The position numbers and the translations under genes were made by a program. From the NCBI GenBank assembly GCA_965248195.1, contig CBDFIQ010000002.1, forward strand, positions 2,208,001-2,272,000: a DNA stretch of 64,000 bases, given 5' to 3'. Positions 9,832 to 19,333 of this stretch are shown in pieces (position 1 is the stretch's first letter; each line of letters begins with the position of its first letter). The notes beneath the pieces were generated by a model. It was not told the DNA's origin. It worked only from the letters and a program-made list of their open reading frames with translations, and searched no databases. The stretch comes from Longimicrobiales bacterium. Lineage in GTDB: Bacteria > Gemmatimonadota > Gemmatimonadetes > Longimicrobiales > Gaopeijiaceae.

Positions 9832-9851
9832 GACACTACCTGGCGACGTTG

Positions 9852-10823
9852 TCAGCGGGTCACGTTGACGGTCACGTCCTGGTCGACGAAGTAGCCTCCG
9901 TCATCCGTACGGCCACGAAGCACGTAGGTGCCCGGCTCGTGGAAGGTGACCCGAGTCACCCAAGTCCCGTCCTCCGGCTCATCCGGCGGGACCCAAAACA
10001 GCGACCACCGGGACTGGAAGGGCCTCGTATCCCACCACGTCTTCACCTGGTCGGGATCGAAGATCACCGCGTCGCCGTTGCCCCGGTAGACGAACCAGGA
10101 GTGGATCAGGGCAAAGTGCGTGCGCATGGTGTGGCTGGTGGGCTTTGTTGCCAACGCCTTCTCCAGGTCCAGCCCTCCATCCTCGGTGACGGGCAACGTA
10201 CTGTTGTCCCGCGCCAGAGATCCGTCATCGCTGACGTGCGCCACCAACGTCAGTGGCTCGCCCACCCGGACGTTCCGTACCCTGTCTCCCTCGAGCTCGG
10301 CAATCGGCGGCTGGTTTTCCGCCGCGCCTTCCCGAAATCCGCCGCCTCCGTACACTCCGCGCTGGGCCTGGTAGGTCTGGTCGTCGAGATAGTAGTCCCG
10401 GTGGAGCGATCCATACGCTCTCTTCGTCTCTCCCTGGGTCCTCAGCGTCCACACCAGCTCCTGATCACCGAAGTCCGGCGGAACCTGGACCTTGAAGACC
10501 ATGCGGGTATAGCGGGGCAAGAAGTAGCTCGGCTGTCCGCGGTCGGCCGGACCGGGCGAGAAGCTGTTGTCCAGCCCGACCGGAATCTCGAGCCTTTCCT
10601 CCCAATTCCGGTTCATGTAGCCGAACAAGAGGTTAAAGGAGCCGTTCGGGTTCCTCTGCCAGCCCTCGTAGCTCGGCGAGACCGTCTGTCCCCTCTGGTA
10701 AGTCAGCCCGTCCTGGCCCTCGACTCCCCGATGCGTCAGCAAGACGCCCAAAGCAAGGACCAGGAAGCACACACCTCCGGCGGCTCCGCCCCGCACCGGG
10801 GAACGGCCTTTGATGGTCAGCAT
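9852..10823 (-). CDS. Conserved exported hypothetical protein with an Ig/PKD-like C-terminus
   Basis: Signal peptide; GQTVSPSYEGWQRNPNGSFNLLFGYMNRNWEE; TF.EPGTYVLR...DDG. Confidence 0.75.
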   Translation of the reverse strand: MLTIKGRSPVRGGAAGGVCFLVLALGVLLTHRGVEGQDGLTYQRGQTVSPSYEGWQRNPNGSFNLLFGYMNRNWEERLEIPVGLDNSFSPGPADRGQPSYFLPRYTRMVFKVQVPPDFGDQELVWTLRTQGETKRAYGSLHRDYYLDDQTYQAQRGVYGGGGFREGAAENQPPIAELEGDRVRNVRVGEPLTLVAHVSDDGSLARDNSTLPVTEDGGLDLEKALATKPTSHTMRTHFALIHSWFVYRGNGDAVIFDPDQVKTWWDTRPFQSRWSLFWVPPDEPEDGTWVTRVTFHEPGTYVLRGRTDDGGYFVDQDVTVNVTR

Positions 10824-10846
10824 CTATCGATCTCCTCCTTTGCCGG

Positions 10847-12367
10847 CTATCGATCTCCTCCCTTGCCGGCGGCGCCCACTGCCGCAATTTGGCCCTCGGC
10901 GTCCAACATGTCGGCCGGCTTGGAGGACGGCGGCGGAATCGTGGCCTTGCACAGCGGACAACCGATCACCCAATTGTTCGGCCCCAGATCGAGCTTCTCC
11001 ACCCGTTCGGCCATCTCTCGCTTGAACTCCTCGTCGCTGAGCGCGACCTCCACGGAAAAGAGGTGGAACATGTTGGACCTCGTGATGCTGCCCGGCCCCG
11101 ACCAGTTCCTCGGATCACTGATGCTGGGATTCTGTTCCGTGTTGTTCAGCTCGCCCGTGACCCTCAGGATCGTGCCCTTCGGCAGCAGCGGCGCGGCGTC
11201 CTCTCCGTACCAGTAGTTCCGCACCCAGTTGTGATCGTAGCCGATACACCAGAGGGTCTCCTCGAAATTGCCCCACATCGCCTCCAGGCACATCCGCCAC
11301 CCGGCCGCGTGCAGATGAGCCTCCGAGGCGAGAAGCTTCGTGTGCTCCTCCAGCACCCAGCTGCGGGTCAGTGGGTTGTCGGCCACGCCCGCCTGGACGT
11401 CGTGCGCCAGGCCGGCGCCATAGCGGTTCACCACGATCGGCGACTCGTAAGGAGCCTGGTAACCCTTCGGATGGAATTTGTAGCCGAACTCCAAGTGAGC
11501 CGAGGTCTCTCGTCCGTTCGAAGAGAGATGCAACGAGCAACTCGATATCTCCGAGTCCCCGCGCAGTAGCCGCCCCTCGTCTTCGGGAAAGATGTCGGCA
11601 TTCCGCCCCACTTCGTGGACGGGCCAGGTTCCCACACCCCTCCCGTTAAACGTCCCTCCCTCCTGGTCGGGCACTCGTGTCGAATAGGTCAGGTGGTGAA
11701 CGACCCACCGCGATCCCGCTGTCACGTCTCCATAGTTGGAAGGCACGTCGTTGAACTCCCGGACCTGGACTGCAGCCACGTACCGGTCCTCCCCCACGCC
11801 AATGGGTATGGTCCCCGGAGTCGGTGAGGGGATACAGATGAACTTGTCGGGCTCGTCGGCTCCCATGATGAAGGTCTCCGACCTCACCGTCAGGTCCGGC
11901 TCGAAGGCCCAGCCCTCCTTGTCATCGAACTCCTGGGGCGGCGGCGCGTCCGTGGGATTCCCTTGCGGGGCGCCATGGTCCGCCCACATCGCGATCTTCG
12001 CGATCTCCTCGTCGTCGAGCATGAGGATGTCAGGACCGTAGTCCTGGATGCCGAGGTCCCGCTCCAGGTAGTACGGCGGCATCGTCCCCGCACGGTCCCG
12101 CAGCCCCGTCTTGTACTTCATCAGCGGAGCGAAGGCCCGCACCTGCTCGTACGTCACCAGCGGCATGGGCGCCACCCCTCCCTCCCGATGGCAGGTCACA
12201 CAGTTCTTCTGGAGAATCGGCGCGATGTCCCTGGCGAACGTCACGTCGGCCTCGTCCGAAGGTCCCTGCAATTGGGCGCCAACTCCCACAGGCGCTACAG
12301 CGGAAGCGACCAAGACGACGAGACCGGCGATCCAGCGCCTGGGGCCAATCATCGCTTTTCCTCTCAT
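10847..12367 (-). CDS. Exported c-type haem (CxxCH) + PHM-like copper monooxygenase-fold protein
   Basis: AGGAGG RBS; signal peptide; TFARDIAPILQKNCVTCH; VVHH, SLHL, EAHLH, SNMF; C-terminal CPLC. Confidence 0.75.
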   Translation of the reverse strand: MRGKAMIGPRRWIAGLVVLVASAVAPVGVGAQLQGPSDEADVTFARDIAPILQKNCVTCHREGGVAPMPLVTYEQVRAFAPLMKYKTGLRDRAGTMPPYYLERDLGIQDYGPDILMLDDEEIAKIAMWADHGAPQGNPTDAPPPQEFDDKEGWAFEPDLTVRSETFIMGADEPDKFICIPSPTPGTIPIGVGEDRYVAAVQVREFNDVPSNYGDVTAGSRWVVHHLTYSTRVPDQEGGTFNGRGVGTWPVHEVGRNADIFPEDEGRLLRGDSEISSCSLHLSSNGRETSAHLEFGYKFHPKGYQAPYESPIVVNRYGAGLAHDVQAGVADNPLTRSWVLEEHTKLLASEAHLHAAGWRMCLEAMWGNFEETLWCIGYDHNWVRNYWYGEDAAPLLPKGTILRVTGELNNTEQNPSISDPRNWSGPGSITRSNMFHLFSVEVALSDEEFKREMAERVEKLDLGPNNWVIGCPLCKATIPPPSSKPADMLDAEGQIAAVGAAGKGGDR

Positions 12368-12509
12368 GGCTTCTCCTCCTCGCACTGAAACAAAACCGCA
12401 TCGTTCATAGCATCAAGAATAAAACCGCATCGTGCATACACAACAGGCCCGACCCGAACCTTCCTCACATCCCGAGCGTCGTCCGGGCCGCAACGGTCGG
12501 AGCTCCGGA

Positions 12510-14015
12510 TCAGAAGCCGATGGGCCTCTCAGCAGCAGGGCACAGAGTGGCCCGGTCCGCACGAGTGAAATTTTCGTTGTTATCGTACTCGGAGTTCGGC
12601 ATGATCATCCGGACCCCGCCCTCCAGACCGAATTCCCGGGTGGGAAAAACCCCCTCGTCCCGCGGAAACCAAAAGAGGTCCACGTTCTGGATCTTCGTGG
12701 ACCACCAGCGTCCTCCCTCGAGCCAGAGCTCCCTGCGCTTTTCCTCGAAGACCATGTCCCGGATCTGGTCAGCGTTGCCGGGGTCCGCGTAGGTGACTCT
12801 CGGCAGGCCGTGAAAGTCGCGCAGGTCGTTCACGAGATCGATGGCGGACTGCCCGCCGTCGATTTCGGCCCGGATCAGCCACATCTCCCGCCAGCTGACC
12901 AAGGGGAAGGGGTCGTCCTCCTCCATGTACTTAGTGGGCGCGTCTCCGGGCTGGCCGGCGGAGCCCTCCTTGAAGACGTGCTCGACCCTCGTATCCCCCA
13001 CGGCTCCGGCGTCCACCGTCGTCCGGATCGGGATTCCGCTGTCCAGTATGGCCCGTCCATCGGGCATGAGGCCCAGGTTGAGGTACCCCGTGTAGGGGAT
13101 CAGGGCAGGCCACGGCAGGCCCGTCGCCGGGTTCGGCGTTGTAATGCCCTGGGCCCGGGCATCGGTCCCCGGCATGCTCCACCAGTCGTTGACGCGCAGC
13201 ATTTTACCGAACGGGAGCCGGAAGGCGGCTACCGCGACCTTGTTCCTCCGCTGGATTCCCACGTCTCGGGTCACCAGAGCGGTGAAATTCATCGGCACCC
13301 TCCCGACGTCGGCCAGCGCGCCGGTGAGGTCGCCTTTGGCCCAGCGCATCCGCGCGCGGAGGCCGTAGGCCATCGTCTCGGCGCTCGCCGCGATCCCGTG
13401 GGGCATTCCGAAATCACCGATGGTTGTGATGTGACCCAGCGCCGTCTGGATCCACTGCTCGCCCAGGGTCAACGTCGCGTCCGGCGACATGAGGGGACCG
13501 CCGTTCACGGCCATCTCGCAGAAGAACTCACCCAGAACCCCGATATCTGCCGCTATGTAGAGCGCGAGCTGCGCTTGCAGCAGCTCCCTGTTCGGCACTT
13601 CCGCGGCTGTCCACAGGGTGTCCAGCTTGTCGTAGGTCTGCTCGCCCACGGCCCTCGATGTTTGAATGTTCTGGTACCAGTTGGCGTCCTGCTCGACGCC
13701 GTCGCACCCCCCAGTCCCAGGACCGGTGGCGTACGTCGAGGGGGCGGCCATTCCTTGGATCCTCTCCCAGACGTCCTCGTGGCCCATCGCCTGTAAGGCT
13801 AGACTCGAATATGCGCACTCGAACATCGCGATGACCGAGTTCACCAGGGTCTCGGCCGCATCCGGGTCGTTCACAGCGTCGTCCGTCAGCTGGGAGGGCA
13901 GCTCCACTTCCAGCAGGGAGTCGCACGCGGTCAACGCACCGAGGCCAAAGGCGAGGATCAGGCATACGGTGCCTGCCTTCCCCAGCGCTCGAATGGTCGG
14001 TTGTCGGTCACTCAT
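12510..14015 (-). CDS. SusD/RagB-like outer-membrane lipoprotein
   Basis: Lipobox LTAC; EMWLIRAE, EKRRELWLEG.R; lies directly downstream of the SusC-like gene. Confidence 0.85.
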   Translation of the reverse strand: MSDRQPTIRALGKAGTVCLILAFGLGALTACDSLLEVELPSQLTDDAVNDPDAAETLVNSVIAMFECAYSSLALQAMGHEDVWERIQGMAAPSTYATGPGTGGCDGVEQDANWYQNIQTSRAVGEQTYDKLDTLWTAAEVPNRELLQAQLALYIAADIGVLGEFFCEMAVNGGPLMSPDATLTLGEQWIQTALGHITTIGDFGMPHGIAASAETMAYGLRARMRWAKGDLTGALADVGRVPMNFTALVTRDVGIQRRNKVAVAAFRLPFGKMLRVNDWWSMPGTDARAQGITTPNPATGLPWPALIPYTGYLNLGLMPDGRAILDSGIPIRTTVDAGAVGDTRVEHVFKEGSAGQPGDAPTKYMEEDDPFPLVSWREMWLIRAEIDGGQSAIDLVNDLRDFHGLPRVTYADPGNADQIRDMVFEEKRRELWLEGGRWWSTKIQNVDLFWFPRDEGVFPTREFGLEGGVRMIMPNSEYDNNENFTRADRATLCPAAERPIGF

Positions 14016-14050
14016 AATCGGTATCTCCTCCAGTAGTCGATCATCGGATG

Positions 14051-14110
14051 AGACCGTACGTACGGTAGGCGGCGGTGGCATCTACTCTGCCACCGCCGCC
14101 CCGTACGGTC
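14051..14110. terminator. Long intergenic stem-loop between the susC-like and susD-like genes
   Basis: Perfect 13-bp stem GGCGGCGGTGGCA / TGCCACCGCCGCC with outer GACCGTACG / CGTACGGTC arms; no U-tract. Confidence 0.6.
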
Positions 14111-14125
14111 AGGTCAAGCTCGGTT

Positions 14126-17100
14126 TCAGAAGCTGACCCGCAACGTCATGTGCACGCTCGAGGTCGGTGGCGTGATGTAGTAAAAACCTCCACCATCGGG
14201 GCCGAACCCGGAAGTTTCGGGATCAGCGACGGCCACACCGCCGACAGTCGGGTGCTTCTGCCAGATGGTCCAGAGCTCCCGACCCGAGAACACGAGGGAA
14301 GCGCGGTCCGCGCCGCTTTTCGCGACCAGGGACGCGGGAAGCTGATACCTGACCCCGAGCTCACGCAATTTCCAGAAGTCCCCCCTAAACGCTTCGTCCA
14401 CGAGGTGGTCCCGGAAGGGGCCGGAATTAATACGGCCGGCCAAATATACGGCGTCGTCATTCTCCCAGTACTTCCGCACGCCGCTAAAATTGCCTTGCCA
14501 CGGGGCGTTGGACTCCTCGACCCAGCCACCGTGCTTACCCTGCGCCAGGGCGAAGATCTGGAGGGAGTTCTGGAGCAGGGAGACGGTGGGATTGACGGTG
14601 AATGTGTACGGGTGGAACCTCCGGCCGATCAGGAGTTCCAGTCTTCCAAGCCCTTCGCACTGCACTGCCGGGCCGCCCCTAGTGTAGCCGCGCGATGCAT
14701 CAAGAGCGCCGGCGGGACCCGTCCTCACCCCGCTGTCGCACATGGCGCTCGCTCGGTCGACCCCACCAGTTGGGAGCAAGTCGGCGCTCAAAACGGTGTA
14801 ATTGGTGGTTTCGTTCGGCCAAGGATACCCGAGCTTGATCTGACGGCCAGTCGAAACGTCGCCCAGCTCCTTGATCTCGTTGTCGGTGTGGGAAGCGTTG
14901 AGATGGAGGTCGAATGAGAAGTCGGCGCTCTCGTAGATCCGGCTGTTCACGACGACCTCCCATCCCCAGTTATCAAGCCGGCCCAAGTTCTGTTGGACCG
15001 AACCCGGAAAACCGACGCTCGGCGCAAGGCTCCGGTTCAGCAAGGCGCCTTTGTTCTGCTGGCTGTAGTAAGTGAACTCCGTGGAGACCCGGTCGTCCAG
15101 CACGGCCATGTCGAAGCCAAGCTCGAGCTCGGTGCTGACCTCGGGGCCCACCTCCGGGTTACCCGGCTGCACCGGAATGATGCCCGCCTTTCCGCCCGGG
15201 GCCGGAATCACTCCGTAGATGTTTGTGCCGGCGAAGGTGTTCGGCTGCCGTCCCGCCTTCCCCCACGCTCCGCGCAGGCGCAGGGAATTGACGAAGTCGA
15301 TGTTCCAGAAGGCCTCTTCCGAGAGGACATAGGTGGCCGAGAACTTCGGGTAGGTCTGCGCATCGAAGTCGGAACCGAAGGCGGAGTTGTCGTCGAAGCG
15401 GACCGCGGCGGTTACGAAGAGCCGGTCGTTCCAGCCCACCTGCTCCTGGACGAAGACGCCCAGCGACCGGTTCGTGATGTCATCGAAATTGATGATTGCT
15501 TTTTCGACCGGGACCTGGTTGATGGTCCTCGACAGCTCCGACGCGAAGTCCGTTCCTATGACCTGGATTCTCTCGTAGCTGCGGGAGTAGAATTGGCCTC
15601 CAAAGGACGTCTGGAGCCCCCAGGTCTCGGTCGGCTCGTAATTGACGCTGGCGGTGTACTCGAAGCTCACGTTCGTCGTGACGGGCCGTTCGTAGTCGAT
15701 CGTTCCCAAGGCCGTCTCGCGATAGACGGGAGACTCATCCACCGGGAAGTATCTCTCGTTCGTGTCCCATCCCTTGTCGAGCCCGAGGACGACGCGCTGG
15801 CTGAGCCACTCCCCGACGGTGTGGTTCAGCGTCCCGCCCCCGATGAACCGGTTGTAGTCCCGCGTGGTTTCGACTTCCGCGGCGTCCCCCGGGGTTTGCT
15901 CGTAGTACCCTTGCGTACGGGGGCAGTCTCGCGCACCCAGTTGATTCAACCCGACCACGCATTGCCAGATGGGGTCCTTCGTGTTCCTCCAAGCTCCGCC
16001 TTCACCGGAAACGGGGTCGCCGTACCTCGTGAAGCCGTCGGTGTAGCTCCCATTGACGTCGAACGTCAGGTTCTCGGCGAGGAGGAGGTTCAAGTTCGCC
16101 CTCACCCGGGTCTTCTCGTCCCTGTTATACCATTCGATCCCCTCCTCACCTGAGAAGTTGCCCGAGATGTAGTACCGGACGGAGGGGGTTCCTCCCCGGA
16201 CGCTGATGTCGTACGTCTCGATGCGACCGTTCCGGTAGAGGTTCTCCGTGGGCCAGTCGAACACTCGCTCCCCATTGGCGCCGAGGATCTCGCCGCTGAT
16301 GTATTTGTTCGACATGTCGTACATGTTGTACGGGATGAGGTCCCCGGCCGGGCAGGGGGGGGCGGCCGCCGAGGCGCACGTGAAGTTGGTGCCTATTTTT
16401 CCCGCCGGATCCATAAGGAAGTTCGCCCCCGTGCTCACCGCAACGTCGAACTGGGGCGCGCCCAACGCGCCCCTCTTGGTGATAATTTGGATCACTCCGG
16501 CGGAGGCCTCGGTTCCATAGAGGGTCGCGGCCGCAGGTCCCTTGATGATCTCGATGCTCTCGACCTCCTCCATGTTCAAGTCGTTTAACACGTTGGTATT
16601 ACCCCCGCCCAGGTCGTCGTCTGAAAATGAGCCACCGAAAGTCTGTCCGATGGGCGGGCCGGCCCTGGACTCGTTGTTCACCCGCACGCCGTCTATATAG
16701 ATGAGAGGGTTCGCCGACAGGGCGAAGCTTCCCATTCCGCGGATGCGGATCCGGGAGCCGGCCCCGACGGTTCCGGTGCGCCGTTGGAACTGGAGGCCCG
16801 GAACTCGTCCGGTGAGCGCGGCCTGCATCGTGGGGAGCGCGATCTGCTCCTGGAGCACGCTCGCGTCCAACCGGTCGACCGCATTCCCGAGCGCGCGCCG
16901 CCGGGTGCCACCCGCGGTTCCAGTCACGATGATCTCGTCGAGCGCCAGGGCTTCCTCGGTGAGAGTGAAATTCTGCTCCACCACCTGCCCACCACCCACC
17001 GTGACCTGCTCCGCGACCGTGCGGTAACCGATCCGCGCCACGTTGAGGTCGTGCGTGCCCGCGGGGACGTTCTGAAGCAGATAGCGGCCATTCTGCTGCG

Positions 17101-17290
17101 TGAGGCCGCCGAGGTCCAAGCTCGGGATGAAGACCTGGACCGCCCCAATCGGCAGTCCGGTCTGCGTGTCGAGGACTCGGCCGGTGACTGTGCCGCCTTG
17201 TTGGGCTGCGAGTCCCGGCGCGGCGATCAAGATCGCTGCCGTTAGCGCTCCCAGAACTCGCGTCATACCCAAACTAATTAATCTGGACAT
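14126..17290 (-). CDS. SusC/RagA-like TonB-dependent outer-membrane receptor
   Basis: N-terminal carboxypeptidase-like domain; plug motif IEIIKGPAAATLYGTEASAGVIQIITK; RFDDNSAFG; C-terminal Phe. Confidence 0.92.
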   Translation of the reverse strand: MSRLISLGMTRVLGALTAAILIAAPGLAAQQGGTVTGRVLDTQTGLPIGAVQVFIPSLDLGGLTQQNGRYLLQNVPAGTHDLNVARIGYRTVAEQVTVGGGQVVEQNFTLTEEALALDEIIVTGTAGGTRRRALGNAVDRLDASVLQEQIALPTMQAALTGRVPGLQFQRRTGTVGAGSRIRIRGMGSFALSANPLIYIDGVRVNNESRAGPPIGQTFGGSFSDDDLGGGNTNVLNDLNMEEVESIEIIKGPAAATLYGTEASAGVIQIITKRGALGAPQFDVAVSTGANFLMDPAGKIGTNFTCASAAAPPCPAGDLIPYNMYDMSNKYISGEILGANGERVFDWPTENLYRNGRIETYDISVRGGTPSVRYYISGNFSGEEGIEWYNRDEKTRVRANLNLLLAENLTFDVNGSYTDGFTRYGDPVSGEGGAWRNTKDPIWQCVVGLNQLGARDCPRTQGYYEQTPGDAAEVETTRDYNRFIGGGTLNHTVGEWLSQRVVLGLDKGWDTNERYFPVDESPVYRETALGTIDYERPVTTNVSFEYTASVNYEPTETWGLQTSFGGQFYSRSYERIQVIGTDFASELSRTINQVPVEKAIINFDDITNRSLGVFVQEQVGWNDRLFVTAAVRFDDNSAFGSDFDAQTYPKFSATYVLSEEAFWNIDFVNSLRLRGAWGKAGRQPNTFAGTNIYGVIPAPGGKAGIIPVQPGNPEVGPEVSTELELGFDMAVLDDRVSTEFTYYSQQNKGALLNRSLAPSVGFPGSVQQNLGRLDNWGWEVVVNSRIYESADFSFDLHLNASHTDNEIKELGDVSTGRQIKLGYPWPNETTNYTVLSADLLPTGGVDRASAMCDSGVRTGPAGALDASRGYTRGGPAVQCEGLGRLELLIGRRFHPYTFTVNPTVSLLQNSLQIFALAQGKHGGWVEESNAPWQGNFSGVRKYWENDDAVYLAGRINSGPFRDHLVDEAFRGDFWKLRELGVRYQLPASLVAKSGADRASLVFSGRELWTIWQKHPTVGGVAVADPETSGFGPDGGGFYYITPPTSSVHMTLRVSF

Positions 17291-17366
17291 TCCACATCCT
17301 CCCATGTCGAAGAAGACACGCGCTCGGCCGATCAACTCAGCCGCCCCTATCTTTTGCACCGAGGTC

Positions 17367-17395
17367 AGACTAGGCCGCAAACAAAAGGCTGTCAA
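17367..17395 (-). promoter_or_regulatory. Sigma70-type promoter of the susC-like operon
   Basis: Minus strand reads TTGACA-N17-TAGTCT about 77 nt upstream of the start. Confidence 0.65.
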
Positions 17396-17702
17396 GCTCG
17401 CCAGAAATTAACCAAAATCAAGATTTCCACTGTCAGGTTCGACAGCGCTCTTCCGGGCGCGCACAGTAACGTCTCGCCGCAAAATCATCGTCTCGACCGC
17501 GTGCTCGACGACGCCCTCTCTTCGCAGCTCGGTGGTTTGCAACCGGCGATATCGGAAACTATAGTTGGCGGCAGTAACGGCTGTCGCATCGTCAGATGCC
17601 GTTACTCAGCACACGACGTAGCGGCTGGATCGAGCCGCGCCCTCAGGAGCTGACAGTAGGGTGGCAGGAAACGATCAACCTAACGCCAAGGGGAACTTTC
17701 CT

Positions 17703-19310
17703 ATGAAGCTGCAAGACGGCTGGAACCGCCGCGACTTCGTCCGGGTGACCGCTAGCGCCGCCGCGGGCGCCGCCGCCCTCCCCGCCCTGCCCGGATACTC
17801 GCGCGCCGAAGCCGCGACTCCCACCGCAACCCAGTCCGATGAGCTGGCGAGCCTGACGATTGCTCAGGCATCGCGCATGATCCGGGGGAGAGAGATCAGC
17901 TGCACGGAGCTCACGCAGGCCTGCCTGGCCCGGGCCGAGGCGTACAACCCCAAAGTCAACGCTTTCATCACGATCATGCACGAGGAAGCTCTCGCGCAGG
18001 CCCGGCAGCTCGACGCCGAGGCGAGCGCGGGGAACTTCCGCGGACCTCTGCACGGCATCCCCGTCGGGCTCAAGGACAACATCGACACGGCGGGAACGCG
18101 CACGACGGGCGGCAGCCTCGTGTTCGAGGAGAACGTCCCCGAAGAGGACGCCTTCGTGGTCAAACGCCTGAAGGAGTCCGGTGCCGTCATCATGGCTAAG
18201 GCCGGCCTTCAGGAGTTCGCGATGGGCGGGACCAACGTCTCGACGTACTTCCTTCCCGTCCGCAACCCTTGGGCGCTCGACCGCATCTCGGGCGGCTCTT
18301 CCGGGGGCTCGGCCGCCGCAGTGATCGCAGACATGACCCTCGGAGCGCTGGGCACCGACACCGGTGGCTCGGTCCGCATGCCCGCCGCCTACTGCGGCAT
18401 CGTCGGCCTCAAGCCCACGTATGGCCTGGTGTCCATCGGGGGGATCATCCCGCGCACATACTCACTGGACCACTGCGGTCCGATGACGAAGACGGCCGAA
18501 GACGGTGCCTTGCTCCTGTCCGGCATGGTGGGATACGACAAGCACGACGTGGCCAGCGTCGAGCATCCTCTCGAAGACTACCGCGCGGCCCTGAGTCAGT
18601 CCGTGAGTGGGCTCCGCTTGGGAATCCTGAGAGAGCCTTTCTTCGACTTCCTCGACGCCGAGATCGCGAGCGCCATGGAGGAGGCCATCGGCGTCCTGAC
18701 GGAGCTGACCCGGAGCGTCAGCGACACGCGCCTACCGCCCCAGGGGAAGTACTCGAGATCGTACCTCTCTGGGGAGATCGAGGCGTTCCACTGGGAGTGG
18801 TACCAGCGGAGCGCCGGCCGCTATTCGCTCAACCAGAGGCGGACGATCGCGGCCGTCCACAGGAGGCTCAACGACGTCGAGACGACGCAGTGCTCGACGA
18901 GGGTGGTGGACTACATCAACGCCCAGTGGGAGCTGCAGCGAATGCGGAAAACCATTGACGACGCCTTCGTAGACCACGACCTCGTCGTGCTTCCCACATG
19001 GCGCGTGATGCAGCCCACCATCAACGAAGCGCTCGATCGGGAAGAGAACGGGGGGGAGCCGACCGAGCCGAGGGCCACGTCGAACTGCTCACCCTTCAAT
19101 AGCTTCGGCATTCCCGCGGCCTCGATCCCATGCGGCTTCTCGGCAGACGGCCTCCCCATCGGGCTCATGATCGCCGGGCCGCGCTTCTCGGAAGGTAGAG
19201 TGTTAGCCCTCGCGAACGCCTATGAGAAGGCCACGGAATGGCATACCCGAAGGCCGGCCCTCAGCCTCGACATGCCTGTCCCACCCATCGACCGGAAGGA
19301 CCGCCGGTAG
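17703..19310 (+). CDS. Tat-exported amidase-signature enzyme
   Basis: NRRDFV twin-arginine motif; GLKDNID, GGSSGGS, TDTGGSVRMP. Confidence 0.9.
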   Translation: MKLQDGWNRRDFVRVTASAAAGAAALPALPGYSRAEAATPTATQSDELASLTIAQASRMIRGREISCTELTQACLARAEAYNPKVNAFITIMHEEALAQARQLDAEASAGNFRGPLHGIPVGLKDNIDTAGTRTTGGSLVFEENVPEEDAFVVKRLKESGAVIMAKAGLQEFAMGGTNVSTYFLPVRNPWALDRISGGSSGGSAAAVIADMTLGALGTDTGGSVRMPAAYCGIVGLKPTYGLVSIGGIIPRTYSLDHCGPMTKTAEDGALLLSGMVGYDKHDVASVEHPLEDYRAALSQSVSGLRLGILREPFFDFLDAEIASAMEEAIGVLTELTRSVSDTRLPPQGKYSRSYLSGEIEAFHWEWYQRSAGRYSLNQRRTIAAVHRRLNDVETTQCSTRVVDYINAQWELQRMRKTIDDAFVDHDLVVLPTWRVMQPTINEALDREENGGEPTEPRATSNCSPFNSFGIPAASIPCGFSADGLPIGLMIAGPRFSEGRVLALANAYEKATEWHTRRPALSLDMPVPPIDRKDRR

Positions 19311-19333
19311 ACATGTGAGGTGTCCTGCCCGCC

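Noticed and set aside
9579..13796. Long plus-strand ORFs (545 aa and 454 aa)
   Set aside because: Antisense shadows of well-supported minus-strand genes in GC-rich DNA, with no motifs.
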